Source: Candidatus Nanohaloarchaea archaeon
GTDB lineage: Archaea > Nanohalarchaeota > Nanosalinia > Nanosalinales > Nanosalinaceae
Direction of reading: 5' to 3'
Length of the DNA stretch: 64,000 nt
Assembly: GCA_041640055.1 (NCBI GenBank)
Contig: JBEQAZ010000001.1
Span: forward strand, 6,931 to 70,930
Shown here: in pieces, positions 52,964 to 62,627 of the stretch
Numbering within the stretch: position 1 is the first letter of the stretch
Layout: the number at the start of each line of letters is the position of its first letter
Notes under the pieces: generated by a model
Database searches by the model: none
The model's input: the letters and a program-made list of their open reading frames with translations, nothing else
What the model was told of the DNA's origin: nothing
Position numbers and translations under genes: made by a program

Positions 52964-54715
52964 ATGAACTATAAAGGTTCCAAACTTGGATTACTACTTG
53001 CACTTTTAACTCTTACAACAGCCGTGGCTGCGGCAAGCCCAGCCGAAATGTACATGTTCCCACAGTCCTCTGATGTGAGGATTGACTCATTCACAGAGTA
53101 CCAGGTAGAGATCGAGAATACTGGTACGACAGAAGATGTCTATACTATCTCATCTCCTAACGACGCAGTTACCGTAGAACCATCAAGGATACCGCAGAAC
53201 ACCGGTCAAACACTTGCACCGGGAGAAAGCGCGGAGATCTATGTTTTCTACAATCCAGATACAGATACTGAAGCAGGAACTTACTCATTTACTATCAACG
53301 CAGAATCAAGAGCTTCTGGCGAAACTTATTCCGTACAGGGAGAAGCGGATGTAATCCGTGGCCACGATATCGAAATCACAGCAGACAGCACTCAAACTGT
53401 TTGTAGAGGAGAACAGGCACAGTACCAGCTAGTACTTGAAAACAGAGGTATGCAGCCTGAAGAATTCCAGCTAACAACAGATAGAGGAGATCTCTCCCAG
53501 AGCCGTGTAAACCTGGCAGAGGGAGAAACCAAGACAGTTACAGTAACAACCTCCTCAGAAACAGCACTTGAGGAAAGCTTCAATGTGGTCGCAGCATCAA
53601 CAACAAGCTACGCTCAGGACATCCAGACACTCAACCTAGATGTTGAAACATGTTACACCTCTGAAATATCTGTAACACCTGAAAACCAGAGAACAGCTGC
53701 ATACACAGAAGCAGAGTACGATGTAACAGTTAGAAACCTTGGAACCAAAGCAGACACATTCACACTTTCCGCAAGCAACGGACAGTTCACAAGCAACCAG
53801 GTAGAAGTCGGTGCAGAAAGCACAGAAACAGTCACTCTACGCTACACTCCTGAAACACTTGGAACCACAAGCATCGATATCTCAGCTGAAGGACAGTCCT
53901 CAGCCTCAAGCACCGTACAGGTCGAATCCTACAACGGCATGGATGTAGAAACATCATTCAGCCAGGACGGCTACACAGTATGTGAGAACGAAGAAAGAAA
54001 TGTAGGCCTACGAGTAGAGAACACAGGAGAGGCAACAGACACATTCGAACTCTCAACAAGTGAAGGAGAACTCAGAAGCGACGAATTAACACTTGAAGCA
54101 GGAGAATCACAGAGAGTTCCAATCCGATTCACAGGATCGAACTACGAAGAAGGTAGCGAGATCGGTGTAGATGTAGAGGCAGTTTCACAGACCTTCGACG
54201 AGACAAGCGACACAGTTTCAACAACAGTAACCGTTGACAACTGCTGGGACCTAGAGATGAATGTAGTTCCAACGGTTCTCAGCGCAGGAGAGAACAGAAG
54301 TGCAGTTTACGAGGTCAAGCTAGAGAACACAGGTTCAAGAGAGAACACCTACAGACTAGACAGTCAAGGACCTGAATGGATCTCACTCAGACCAGACCAG
54401 GTCACAGTCCAAGCAGGAGAAACAGGACACGCCTACATCTACGCAGGAATCCCTTACGAGAAGAAGGGAGAAGTACAGATCACAGCAGAAGCAGTAGGAA
54501 CTAATGTAACTGAAAGCGAAGAAGTTACACTAGTAGTAGGTCAGGAAGTAGAGGACTCAATCAGAAACGACGAGAACAGAGTAACAGGTGCATTCACAAG
54601 ACTAGGAGAATCATTCACAGGTCTAGCCAACTCAAGCACACTGATCAAGCTCCTAGGAGCAATCCTAGCAGGTGCAGTCCTCACAGGACTCATCCTTTAC
54701 AGAGAAACCAGATAA
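52964..54715 (+). CDS. Repeat-built surface protein (CARDB/NEW3-like beta-sandwich repeats) with a C-terminal transmembrane anchor
   Basis: ATG at 52964 (the track lists GTG 52955). The signal peptide is MNYKGSKLGLLLALLTLTTAVAAA. About five repeats follow the pattern C...Y.v.veN.G...d.f.L....G....... The C-terminus is LIKLLGAILAGAVLTGLILYRETR. Confidence 0.7.
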   Translation: MNYKGSKLGLLLALLTLTTAVAAASPAEMYMFPQSSDVRIDSFTEYQVEIENTGTTEDVYTISSPNDAVTVEPSRIPQNTGQTLAPGESAEIYVFYNPDTDTEAGTYSFTINAESRASGETYSVQGEADVIRGHDIEITADSTQTVCRGEQAQYQLVLENRGMQPEEFQLTTDRGDLSQSRVNLAEGETKTVTVTTSSETALEESFNVVAASTTSYAQDIQTLNLDVETCYTSEISVTPENQRTAAYTEAEYDVTVRNLGTKADTFTLSASNGQFTSNQVEVGAESTETVTLRYTPETLGTTSIDISAEGQSSASSTVQVESYNGMDVETSFSQDGYTVCENEERNVGLRVENTGEATDTFELSTSEGELRSDELTLEAGESQRVPIRFTGSNYEEGSEIGVDVEAVSQTFDETSDTVSTTVTVDNCWDLEMNVVPTVLSAGENRSAVYEVKLENTGSRENTYRLDSQGPEWISLRPDQVTVQAGETGHAYIYAGIPYEKKGEVQITAEAVGTNVTESEEVTLVVGQEVEDSIRNDENRVTGAFTRLGESFTGLANSSTLIKLLGAILAGAVLTGLILYRETR

Positions 54716-55029
54716 CTGGTTACCTCTATTCTCCATCTTCTCTTTTCATCTTAACTCAATTTTTCTCAACTATTTTATCATGTCAATCCTAGCGAATACA
54801 ACTACCGAGCAAACCGTACAATACTACAAATTATAGAGATAATCCAAAAATTTTACAGACTCTCTATGAATTATCTGATTTCTCCCTGAAAAGCATAAAA
54901 CTCATGGAACTAGATAAGTAGAAACTGGTGCTGAAAGACGGAGAAGTGTTGCCTAGCGACGCATCATCAGCAGAAGGTTATCAGTTTCTCAGAATAAAAT
55001 AGAAAGAGAAGAAAATGGTACCGGATTGG

Positions 55030-55986
55030 TTACCGGGAAGGTTCTACAGTGACTGTTGTGCTTGAGTCCGTGTAGTAGCCGTACTCGGCCGTCACTGTGA
55101 TTGGAACCGTCTGTGTGATAGAGAATGCTGAAGGCTCTGGCAGTGATGGATCGAAGCAATGATTCCCTCTGGACCCTACCAAGCTTACTTGATGTGAGAC
55201 ACTGTTGTCGTCTCCTCCGAAGTCAACACCTGCGGAATCCCGAACAGATATCTTCACTTTGTCACGGCCAGAGTCGACATTGATATCTTCAATAGCTGAA
55301 CCCTCATTATCATTCACCCTCTCAATGTAGTCACTTATTGAAGGTGCTAAAGGAGTCCCTTGACCTTCGTTCCTCACTGTTACACAGAGATCGGAATCAA
55401 TCCCGTCATCTGAATAATATCTTACGGGAGTTCTAGTATTGACTTCGATCTGAATTGGGCCATCTGTGTTTGATGTAGTTGGTCTTGAAGGAGAATAATC
55501 TCCCTGAATATACTCATCATTCTGGACCAACTCAATCTGAGTAGTCGCCTGAGTTTCGTAGTCATAGAACAATCTTGTCTGGAAATTGTAGTCGATAGAC
55601 TGAGCTCCAAGATTTGGAGCATTCAATGCCCAGTTCTGTCTTTTGGTCTGTGGCGGAACATTGTTTTCAGGATCTCCGGCTCTGACGGTTCCTACATCTA
55701 CAATTGCGGAACCATCATCGCTCTCAAAAGACCACTGTCCTTCAGTATCTCCTATAGGTGCCTGATAGAGCTTTGCATAGGAGTTATCCGCATTCACACC
55801 ACCTTGGTTACTAACAGCCATGGAAAGCTGGGTAGACTGACCGCCAAATGTCTGTGATGGAGTTGCAGAGAAATTGGTTATTTGAACACCAGTTGTTGAA
55901 GCTGATTCGTCGCCGCCACCATCAGTACATCCTGCGACGATGACGGTAATTGCGATAATTGCTAAAGCTGTTTTGTTAGTTTTCAT
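55030..55986 (-). CDS. Putative lipoprotein (tandem paralog 3)
   Basis: MKTNKTALAIIAITVIVAGC carries a lipobox-like VAGC. The mature part begins with the CARDB-like VQITNFSATPSQTFGGQSTQLSMAVSNQGG. Confidence 0.6.
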   Translation of the reverse strand: MKTNKTALAIIAITVIVAGCTDGGGDESASTTGVQITNFSATPSQTFGGQSTQLSMAVSNQGGVNADNSYAKLYQAPIGDTEGQWSFESDDGSAIVDVGTVRAGDPENNVPPQTKRQNWALNAPNLGAQSIDYNFQTRLFYDYETQATTQIELVQNDEYIQGDYSPSRPTTSNTDGPIQIEVNTRTPVRYYSDDGIDSDLCVTVRNEGQGTPLAPSISDYIERVNDNEGSAIEDINVDSGRDKVKISVRDSAGVDFGGDDNSVSHQVSLVGSRGNHCFDPSLPEPSAFSITQTVPITVTAEYGYYTDSSTTVTVEPSR

Positions 55987-55988
55987 GG

Positions 55989-56846
55989 TTATCGTACTAT
56001 TGTTATAGGCAGAGTTTGTTGTTTCTGATATTTATAAGATGCGGAGACGAAAACATTGCGCTGAGACTCTGAATCCACATTAAAGGCACATTCATCACTG
56101 AACTCATCAGCCTCGGTATTCCTTTTTCTACCGTCTGCAGGACAAATTAAATCGCCATTGTCATCCTCGAATATCGATTTAGGAGTATAATCAAAGTCAT
56201 ATTCATCCGATTCAACAGAGCCAGGTCCGCTATTCCGGACATCTAGCTCAAACTGATTGTATCTTCTGTCCAGGGCAGCAGGGTTATCTGCTTTAATAGT
56301 CAATGTAACCTCGTTGTTCGAGAACTTTCTGGTAACCTGAGTGGATGACTCTATATCATTTCTATCCATGAAACTGAATGTGAGAGGTTCTCTGTTGGTT
56401 ACCTGTGAATCATAGGAAACGATTACTGATACAAATTCATCTTTCTGATCAAACTGCCCTAATCTTGATTGTGTAGGTGCATAGATACCCCAGGTACATC
56501 TGATTTGATCAACAGTTTCCTCTCTTACAGCATCTAGGCTTTCCTTATTGCATGCTTCATCTGTTGAATCTTCTTCAACTTCTAGGTAACCTGTATTAGC
56601 AAGTTCAATCTCAGGATCAATATCTATTTCATGGTGATTGGAGAGGACAAGCTGGATTTCAGTTCTTTGGCCTTGGGTCCCGTCGCCGGCACGAAGTTGA
56701 TTATCTGCTACAGAGAGCTGTGTCATCTCTAGGCCTTTCCCTGGATCTGGTTCTATCCCTTCTGGGGAATCATTGGTTTCAATTAGACTTGTACATCCTG
56801 ATACTATAACTGCCGCCGCTATCAATGCTAGAGCTCTTTTATCCAC
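55989..56846 (-). CDS. Putative lipoprotein (tandem paralog 2)
   Basis: MDKRALALIAAAVIVSGC carries a lipobox-like motif. There is a 2-nt gap to the next gene. Confidence 0.6.
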   Translation of the reverse strand: MDKRALALIAAAVIVSGCTSLIETNDSPEGIEPDPGKGLEMTQLSVADNQLRAGDGTQGQRTEIQLVLSNHHEIDIDPEIELANTGYLEVEEDSTDEACNKESLDAVREETVDQIRCTWGIYAPTQSRLGQFDQKDEFVSVIVSYDSQVTNREPLTFSFMDRNDIESSTQVTRKFSNNEVTLTIKADNPAALDRRYNQFELDVRNSGPGSVESDEYDFDYTPKSIFEDDNGDLICPADGRKRNTEADEFSDECAFNVDSESQRNVFVSASYKYQKQQTLPITIVR

Positions 56847-57741
56847 GGTACTGCACCGTTATGTGGTCCTTTGAAACGGTTTTCGTGAAGTTGTAATCTG
56901 CTGTAACTCTTACTTCCTCTCTGATACTTGAAGTAACTTCTTCGTTGATATCTATGCTACAGGTAATTGTCGTTGAGGACGAGCCTCTCACCTGAATGTT
57001 GCTTGGAGTGTTGCAGTTGTTGACCTCTACATCATCTCCAGGAACTTCAATAGTCGGTGCTTCGATATCCAGAAGACCTACTCCATCTCCTTCCTCAGTA
57101 TCCTGGTTAGCGAACTCTACTCTGACCTGGATGTCGTCTCCTTCCATAAAGACTGGTGAACCGCCTTCAGAACTACTTCCAATAAGACTGATAGTTACAT
57201 CCATCGGACCATTGGAGGAAGCTGCTCCAAGGCCTTCAAGGCTCTCTACATCGCTGTTATCTTTCACCTGGAACTGATGGTAGGCCTGTACGGTGTACTG
57301 GAAAGGTATCCTAAATGACATATCGATTGTCTGGTCTGCATAGAACCTTATCCGGCTCTCATCGAACTGATGTAGATCCCAGTTCATGGATAATGTGCCG
57401 TCAGGTCTCAAAGTATATTCTTCTTTTGTGTCAGTTGTCTGCGTACTTTCAGCATTAAAATTAGATATAAGCAGCAAATCTGGCGTATAGCTGGTTAGAA
57501 CATTTTTACCTTGATCTCCAACCGTGATATTAGCTTCCGTATTACCTACATTCCTTACATTCAGTGTTGCAGTCACATTTGAGCCAGAATATATAGTCTG
57601 TGGAACTAGTTCGAATCTCTCCACCGAGATTGCGTCCCCTTCATGTGATTCCCTTCCTGATCCACCGTTTGTACATCCGGATATAATTACTGTAGCTGCA
57701 ATAACCAGCATAATTACTTTACTATTATCCATACAATACAC
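56839..57741 (-). CDS. Putative lipoprotein (tandem paralog 1)
   Basis: M(YC)MDNSKVIMLVIAATVIISGC carries a lipobox-like motif. An alternative ATG lies at 57732. ISVERFELVPQTIYSGSNVTATLNVRNVGN is CARDB-like. It overlaps the next gene by 8 nt. Confidence 0.6.
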   Translation of the reverse strand: MYCMDNSKVIMLVIAATVIISGCTNGGSGRESHEGDAISVERFELVPQTIYSGSNVTATLNVRNVGNTEANITVGDQGKNVLTSYTPDLLLISNFNAESTQTTDTKEEYTLRPDGTLSMNWDLHQFDESRIRFYADQTIDMSFRIPFQYTVQAYHQFQVKDNSDVESLEGLGAASSNGPMDVTISLIGSSSEGGSPVFMEGDDIQVRVEFANQDTEEGDGVGLLDIEAPTIEVPGDDVEVNNCNTPSNIQVRGSSSTTITCSIDINEEVTSSIREEVRVTADYNFTKTVSKDHITVQYRG

Positions 57742-57745
57742 TGTT

Positions 57746-58546
57746 ATGTTGGCTGGGATTAAAAGGTTTTTATACGAATACTACTGGCTGCCTATAATAG
57801 ACGAGTCAGTATACTATAACCCGGTCAACACCATAACCTATGCACTGCTTTTCGCAGCACTTACGATCTACTTCATACCCTGGTTCTTCGAAAAACTTGA
57901 TCTGGAGTTCGATAGAGATCTGGTTACAGCACTCACTCCTTATATCTTTCTAGGAGGAGTGACGCGCAGCCTGAAAGACGGAGGCTATGTAGACACAATA
58001 CTACTGGAAACTCCTATCATCTATATCTTGTTGATCGGCTTCGCACTGTCAATGTTGACAGTAGGGAAAAAAATAGAGGAAAACTTCGAGGATCTGCGAT
58101 ACAGCTATATTACAGGAGCAGCAGCAGTAATGGTCATCTTCCTTGAACTATTCCTAATGAACTACAGCACCCTTTCAGGACTGTCATGGTTCACCATCAT
58201 CACTACACTAAGCCTTGGGATAGTTTACGCAATTCTGAAAGCAATCAAATCAGAGATGAACCGAACCACAGACTTAATCCCAATATATGCACACTTCTGG
58301 GACGCATCCAGCACCTTCGTAGTACTGAACTACGGCGGAGCCGAGAAACATGTGCTGGCCGATTACTTCATCCAGTTGATGGGTCCAAAAGGCATGTTCA
58401 TCATGAAAGGACTTGTCATCTTCCCAGCAGTACTTTACATAAACAAAGAGTTCGAAGGGGAAGAAAGAAACTACTATCTGTTCTTGATAGCTTTGCTCGG
58501 GTTCGCGCTCGGAACAAGAAATATTCTATCACTGATAACTACTTAA
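57746..58546 (+). CDS. DUF63-family polytopic membrane protein
   Basis: I set the start at ATG 57746: MLAGIKRFLYEYYWLPIIDESVYYNPVNTITYALLF... This matches the archaeal DUF63 N-terminal pattern (YN.VNT). The upstream part of the track ORF is antisense to the lipoprotein gene. Confidence 0.6.
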   Translation: MLAGIKRFLYEYYWLPIIDESVYYNPVNTITYALLFAALTIYFIPWFFEKLDLEFDRDLVTALTPYIFLGGVTRSLKDGGYVDTILLETPIIYILLIGFALSMLTVGKKIEENFEDLRYSYITGAAAVMVIFLELFLMNYSTLSGLSWFTIITTLSLGIVYAILKAIKSEMNRTTDLIPIYAHFWDASSTFVVLNYGGAEKHVLADYFIQLMGPKGMFIMKGLVIFPAVLYINKEFEGEERNYYLFLIALLGFALGTRNILSLITT

Positions 58547-61438
58547 TCAGTTGTAGCACATGTAGGCGCCGCCTTCAGTAACAGTCAGGACCCCATTACA
58601 CTCGTTCTTGGTTTCCTCATACTTGTCCTGCTTATCTTCTCCACTAATAAAGTTGTCAATGACTTCATTCAACCAACCTTGATTTGGAGCGCATGAATTC
58701 TTGACAGTCCACGGCTTGAGGTAGAGTAACTTTTCTGCTCCTCTGTTATCCGCCCATATCTCAGCATATCTTTCTACGGCATTCTTCGTACTGCTAAAGC
58801 CTTCTTTACACACTACTCTATTAGCCATGTTGTCCTCGAATTCTGTATCTAACTGTCCGTAATCAGTGATATAAAGTGCTCTTCCAGGAGCATCTCTATC
58901 CCTAACCACACCATTCCAATCTTCTTCATCCATACCTATTACTGGTTTACCTCCTGTTTCTGCCCAGTATGCGTACTGATAGTCGCTTTCAGAAACTTCT
59001 TCCTCAATGAAGTAATTCCAGTCATAGGCAGTCTCTCCTTCGTTTATTAGTTCATAGTTTAGTGTTTCGAAACCATCTGGACCTCCTCCTAGTTTTCCGT
59101 TTTGCCAGTAATCTTGATTCAAGCTGTCTTCATCCTCTATATTTTCATCGTAATCTAAGCCAAGACTTCTAACATCGCATCCTCCTACTGCTGTGGCTCT
59201 GATACCAGGATTACAGGTCGTTAGGAAGTTGTCTTTAACCTCATCCGACTGACCCTGAAGCTGTTGATGAGGCAATAGCAATGGGCAGTCTTTGCCGGAG
59301 CAAAGAGTGTTCCAAATCTGGAAATCATCTGTTATATCATCTTTAATTACCGTATAGTTTGCTGAAACATCCATTATTAGTGTCTCTCCAGAAGAGCTGA
59401 CCTCATCCGAATTTGCTAATTTCATTGTACATTCTAGTACACTTGGCGATCTTGCAGTTGTGTACCACCTGTTTGCATCAAAGGTCTCGCTGTTAATCTG
59501 CTTTCTACCACTATCGTCTAGCTCGTAGGTCTGTACATCCGCTCTTCCTGTGCTTTGTAGCTCGAAATCGCCACATGAACCATCTATTATCTCTGTGGAA
59601 CGGGACGGAGTAAATGTTACTGAGTCTGGTTGCACTCTATATTTTACATCAGGATCGTCTGTTTCGAAACCTATCTGCACCTCAAACGGTCTGGCATTTC
59701 TTTCCCCGTCTTCCAGTTCATCGTAAATCACTGGAGAGTATACATTGATGAAGCTCTTAACCGGTGTATCCGCTGTCTCTGATTTCTTGTAACTTCTCTC
59801 AAGATCTCTATCCGCATAATTCTCATAGGACATAGCTCTAATTCTCAGATTGGACTGAGAGAAGTAATCGTACATATAACTTAGTTCAGCATTTCTGGTT
59901 ACTCTCGCCTGCCCTGGCTGTAGAAGCGCACAATCGAACAGGTTCAAGTTATCCGTCAGAGTCTCTTCCGTATCTGTGCGGACTCCTACAACATAACTAT
60001 CTCCAGGAGGTATCGTGGTTTCGCCTATGCTGTCTGACTGCTCATAGAACTGGATAGGTATGAAATCAGTTCCACAAACCTGCTCATCTCTGTTATTTCT
60101 TACCACTACCTTATACTGCACATCTTTAGCTGGTATCCCCTTCAAACCATTCATAGGATTCTGCATAGCGAAACTGACGCTCAGAGGTCTGGCAGGGCGC
60201 TGGTAGGCCACATCAATAGTTTGTCCTCTCTCTATCTCAAATCCTTCAACCTCTAAGTCATATTTCTCTCCTTCTTCCTCCGATCCTGGACGTTGGGTAT
60301 TATTCATCTGCCATTCACTAAAGCATTCAGGTCCCTCTCGAAAGCACTGAAGCTTTGCCGCTTGACTCTGTACAGCAAGGGCAACAGGTTCCAGGTTGAT
60401 GCTTGGAATATATGGCGCGATTGCCTGTCCTCCGTAGTTTGCGTAGTCCGCGGAGAACCCTAATGCACCCATAATCGGTCCTCCTATGAGAGGCATGTAT
60501 ACCTTAAGCATGAATCCGAACAGCGCGAAAATGATTCCGATCTGGAAAACAAATAGTATAATTGCAAATATCATCAGAGGCCAGAGTGCTACTCCTTCTC
60601 CTGCCTCAACAGCCTCATAACCCATTTCTGCTCCTTCACTTGCGACTCCAGCTCTTCCTGCTTTCTTGGCTCCCGCCTCTGCTGCTTCAGAAGCCATCGG
60701 ATTGAGTTCAGCTAGTTCTCCTCCAATACTGGAAACATTGCTTGGTACGCATCCTTTGAACCATTCAACTACGCCGCTTCCTTCTGCTTCTGCGGCCTCA
60801 GAGACTCCTTTCTCAACTGCTGACTTTGCCTCATGAAGTTGTTCTCTTGACTCCATGGCATCTCTGTATTCATCAGCTGCCGAAGAGGCTCCCGGGTTCG
60901 TGTACATTGAGTCTAGTTTGGATCCGGAGTCATCACTTCCGCCGATACCTCCTTTGAGGACACTTACTATTGTTGCAAGTATTATTACCGGAAGGAATGC
61001 TCCTACAAGAAGTAGTACCACTGTTATTAGTGCGCCCTGTATGCTTGAGAATGATAAGACTGATGCTGCGGATGTAAGTGTTCCCAGTGATGGCTGGAAG
61101 ATGGAAAATGCGAAGACTAGAAAGATTACTGCTCCGAACACAGATTTCTTGATATTGTGCTCTACATACTCCACACCCTTTGTCAGGTTCTCAAGTTTGT
61201 CTTCTATCCATTTGAGCACGCCGTAGCTTTCCTTGAAAGGAAGTGCTATCAATCTAATTATGAAGAATAGTATTATCTGCGGTATTCCTAGGAACAAGAG
61301 GTAGGTCAGGTATATGTCGGCCTTGACCTTTATCTTGATGTACTTCCATCCGAAGTAGAGGATTGAGAACAGCGGTATACCTGGCGGTGGCAGGAACAGG
61401 TCTCCTATAATCAGTATCGCCATCGTCAGTAGTCCCAT
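58547..61438 (-). CDS. Large polytopic membrane protein with an extracellular C-terminal domain of about 600 aa
   Basis: 963 aa. The N-terminal third has at least 6 hydrophobic helices separated by an Ala/Glu/Gly-rich loop. The Cys-containing C-terminal domain begins with the CARDB-like LEVEGFEIERGQTIDV... Confidence 0.65.
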   Translation of the reverse strand: MGLLTMAILIIGDLFLPPPGIPLFSILYFGWKYIKIKVKADIYLTYLLFLGIPQIILFFIIRLIALPFKESYGVLKWIEDKLENLTKGVEYVEHNIKKSVFGAVIFLVFAFSIFQPSLGTLTSAASVLSFSSIQGALITVVLLLVGAFLPVIILATIVSVLKGGIGGSDDSGSKLDSMYTNPGASSAADEYRDAMESREQLHEAKSAVEKGVSEAAEAEGSGVVEWFKGCVPSNVSSIGGELAELNPMASEAAEAGAKKAGRAGVASEGAEMGYEAVEAGEGVALWPLMIFAIILFVFQIGIIFALFGFMLKVYMPLIGGPIMGALGFSADYANYGGQAIAPYIPSINLEPVALAVQSQAAKLQCFREGPECFSEWQMNNTQRPGSEEEGEKYDLEVEGFEIERGQTIDVAYQRPARPLSVSFAMQNPMNGLKGIPAKDVQYKVVVRNNRDEQVCGTDFIPIQFYEQSDSIGETTIPPGDSYVVGVRTDTEETLTDNLNLFDCALLQPGQARVTRNAELSYMYDYFSQSNLRIRAMSYENYADRDLERSYKKSETADTPVKSFINVYSPVIYDELEDGERNARPFEVQIGFETDDPDVKYRVQPDSVTFTPSRSTEIIDGSCGDFELQSTGRADVQTYELDDSGRKQINSETFDANRWYTTARSPSVLECTMKLANSDEVSSSGETLIMDVSANYTVIKDDITDDFQIWNTLCSGKDCPLLLPHQQLQGQSDEVKDNFLTTCNPGIRATAVGGCDVRSLGLDYDENIEDEDSLNQDYWQNGKLGGGPDGFETLNYELINEGETAYDWNYFIEEEVSESDYQYAYWAETGGKPVIGMDEEDWNGVVRDRDAPGRALYITDYGQLDTEFEDNMANRVVCKEGFSSTKNAVERYAEIWADNRGAEKLLYLKPWTVKNSCAPNQGWLNEVIDNFISGEDKQDKYEETKNECNGVLTVTEGGAYMCYN

Positions 61439-61441
61439 CTG

Positions 61442-62572
61442 CTATTCCTCCGTCTTCACCGATCTGATCTCGAAGTCGTTAAGTTCGTAGACATTTCTGC
61501 TTATTATTTCTAGCTGGTTTTGAGAACTTAAATCTTCTGAATCGATGTTAATCGTGTTTTGACCTGTTTCCGGATCAAGCTCGAATTTGTTCCCGTTCAG
61601 AGTTACATTCATCGGTTCTGTTGTCAGAAGATTCTGATAATCGAATGTTATTGTCTCGTTAGTATTCCCTCTCTGAGCATAGTTTAGCTCTGTCTGGTTG
61701 AGTGTGAAGCTGTCTTCAACTTCTTCTAGCTGGACTGCTCCACGGTACCGAACTGATAGTACTGCGTTCTCTAGTACATATTCCGAGTCCGACTCTGTCT
61801 CAAATCTGATAGTGTTGTATCCAGGCTCTAATCCGCTGTTTGCAGGAGTCAGTTCTACTGTCTGAGTTCCCCTGACTGTTCTCTGGCTGAAGACCTGGTT
61901 ATCGTTTACATATACTTCAAGAGGGCTGTTCTTGGTTGTTTCTCCAGGAGGCAAGGTCATTTCCAGAGTAGCTGTATCGAAGTCCTGTATCTCGTATTCG
62001 AACATACGGAAGCTGGTCTCGTAATCGTGGTACTTCCTGTCGTTAACTCTTACCTCAAAGTCCTCCAGTGCGTACTCAACATTTCCTAGGATGCCATCAC
62101 GGTTCGCTGAAATCTTGATATTGTTCATGCCATTTGTTAGTATTCCTTCAGGGATTTCTACTGTTCTTTCAGCGGTTGCAACCATGTATTCGTTGAAAAC
62201 GGTTTCTCCGTTGACTGAGACCTTTACTTTTCCGTTTCCTTGCTTTCCAAGTACTTCGAAGGTTACATTTCCTTCTCTTGGCTGCGTTCCGTTGTACTGT
62301 ACTGTTGTTGAGCTACCGCCAAGAAGTTTGTCAGAAATAGTGATTTCTTCTCTGTTGTAGACCGGTATATTTCCACGGGTCTCTCCAACAGTAATTCTAC
62401 CGAAGTCTACATTCCTGAAGTCCTCGTTGGAGGAACCTACCTGTCCGAAATCATTTTCGTACAGTGTGATGGCTTCTGCTGGCTGTCCTCCACCGAACTC
62501 GCCGCTTGCTATGAAGAACAATCCGAATACTGCGAGTCCGACTCCTAGTATCGCTGCGAACTGTTGAGCCAT
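61442..62572 (-). CDS. N-terminally anchored secreted protein
   Basis: 376 aa. MAQQFAAILGVGLAVFGLFFIASG is followed by beta-rich acidic sequence. It lies 3 nt upstream of the 963-aa gene. Confidence 0.6.
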   Translation of the reverse strand: MAQQFAAILGVGLAVFGLFFIASGEFGGGQPAEAITLYENDFGQVGSSNEDFRNVDFGRITVGETRGNIPVYNREEITISDKLLGGSSTTVQYNGTQPREGNVTFEVLGKQGNGKVKVSVNGETVFNEYMVATAERTVEIPEGILTNGMNNIKISANRDGILGNVEYALEDFEVRVNDRKYHDYETSFRMFEYEIQDFDTATLEMTLPPGETTKNSPLEVYVNDNQVFSQRTVRGTQTVELTPANSGLEPGYNTIRFETESDSEYVLENAVLSVRYRGAVQLEEVEDSFTLNQTELNYAQRGNTNETITFDYQNLLTTEPMNVTLNGNKFELDPETGQNTINIDSEDLSSQNQLEIISRNVYELNDFEIRSVKTEE

Positions 62573-62627
62573 ATAACAGGTTTTTGCTTATGGAGGTTTT
62601 TATTTGTAGGCCGGGCAACCTGTAATT

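Noticed and set aside
54716-55029. Whether the long intergenic gap could be an SRP RNA or RNase P RNA.
   Set aside because: It is AT-rich and lacks long GC-rich helices. It also lacks the conserved SRP helix-8 or RNase P P4-type sequences I know. It is kept only as a low-interest ncRNA or remnant candidate.
57524-57745. The N-terminal 74 codons of track ORF 57524..58546.
   Set aside because: They are antisense to the lipoprotein gene 56839..57741. The DUF63-like sequence begins at ATG 57746.
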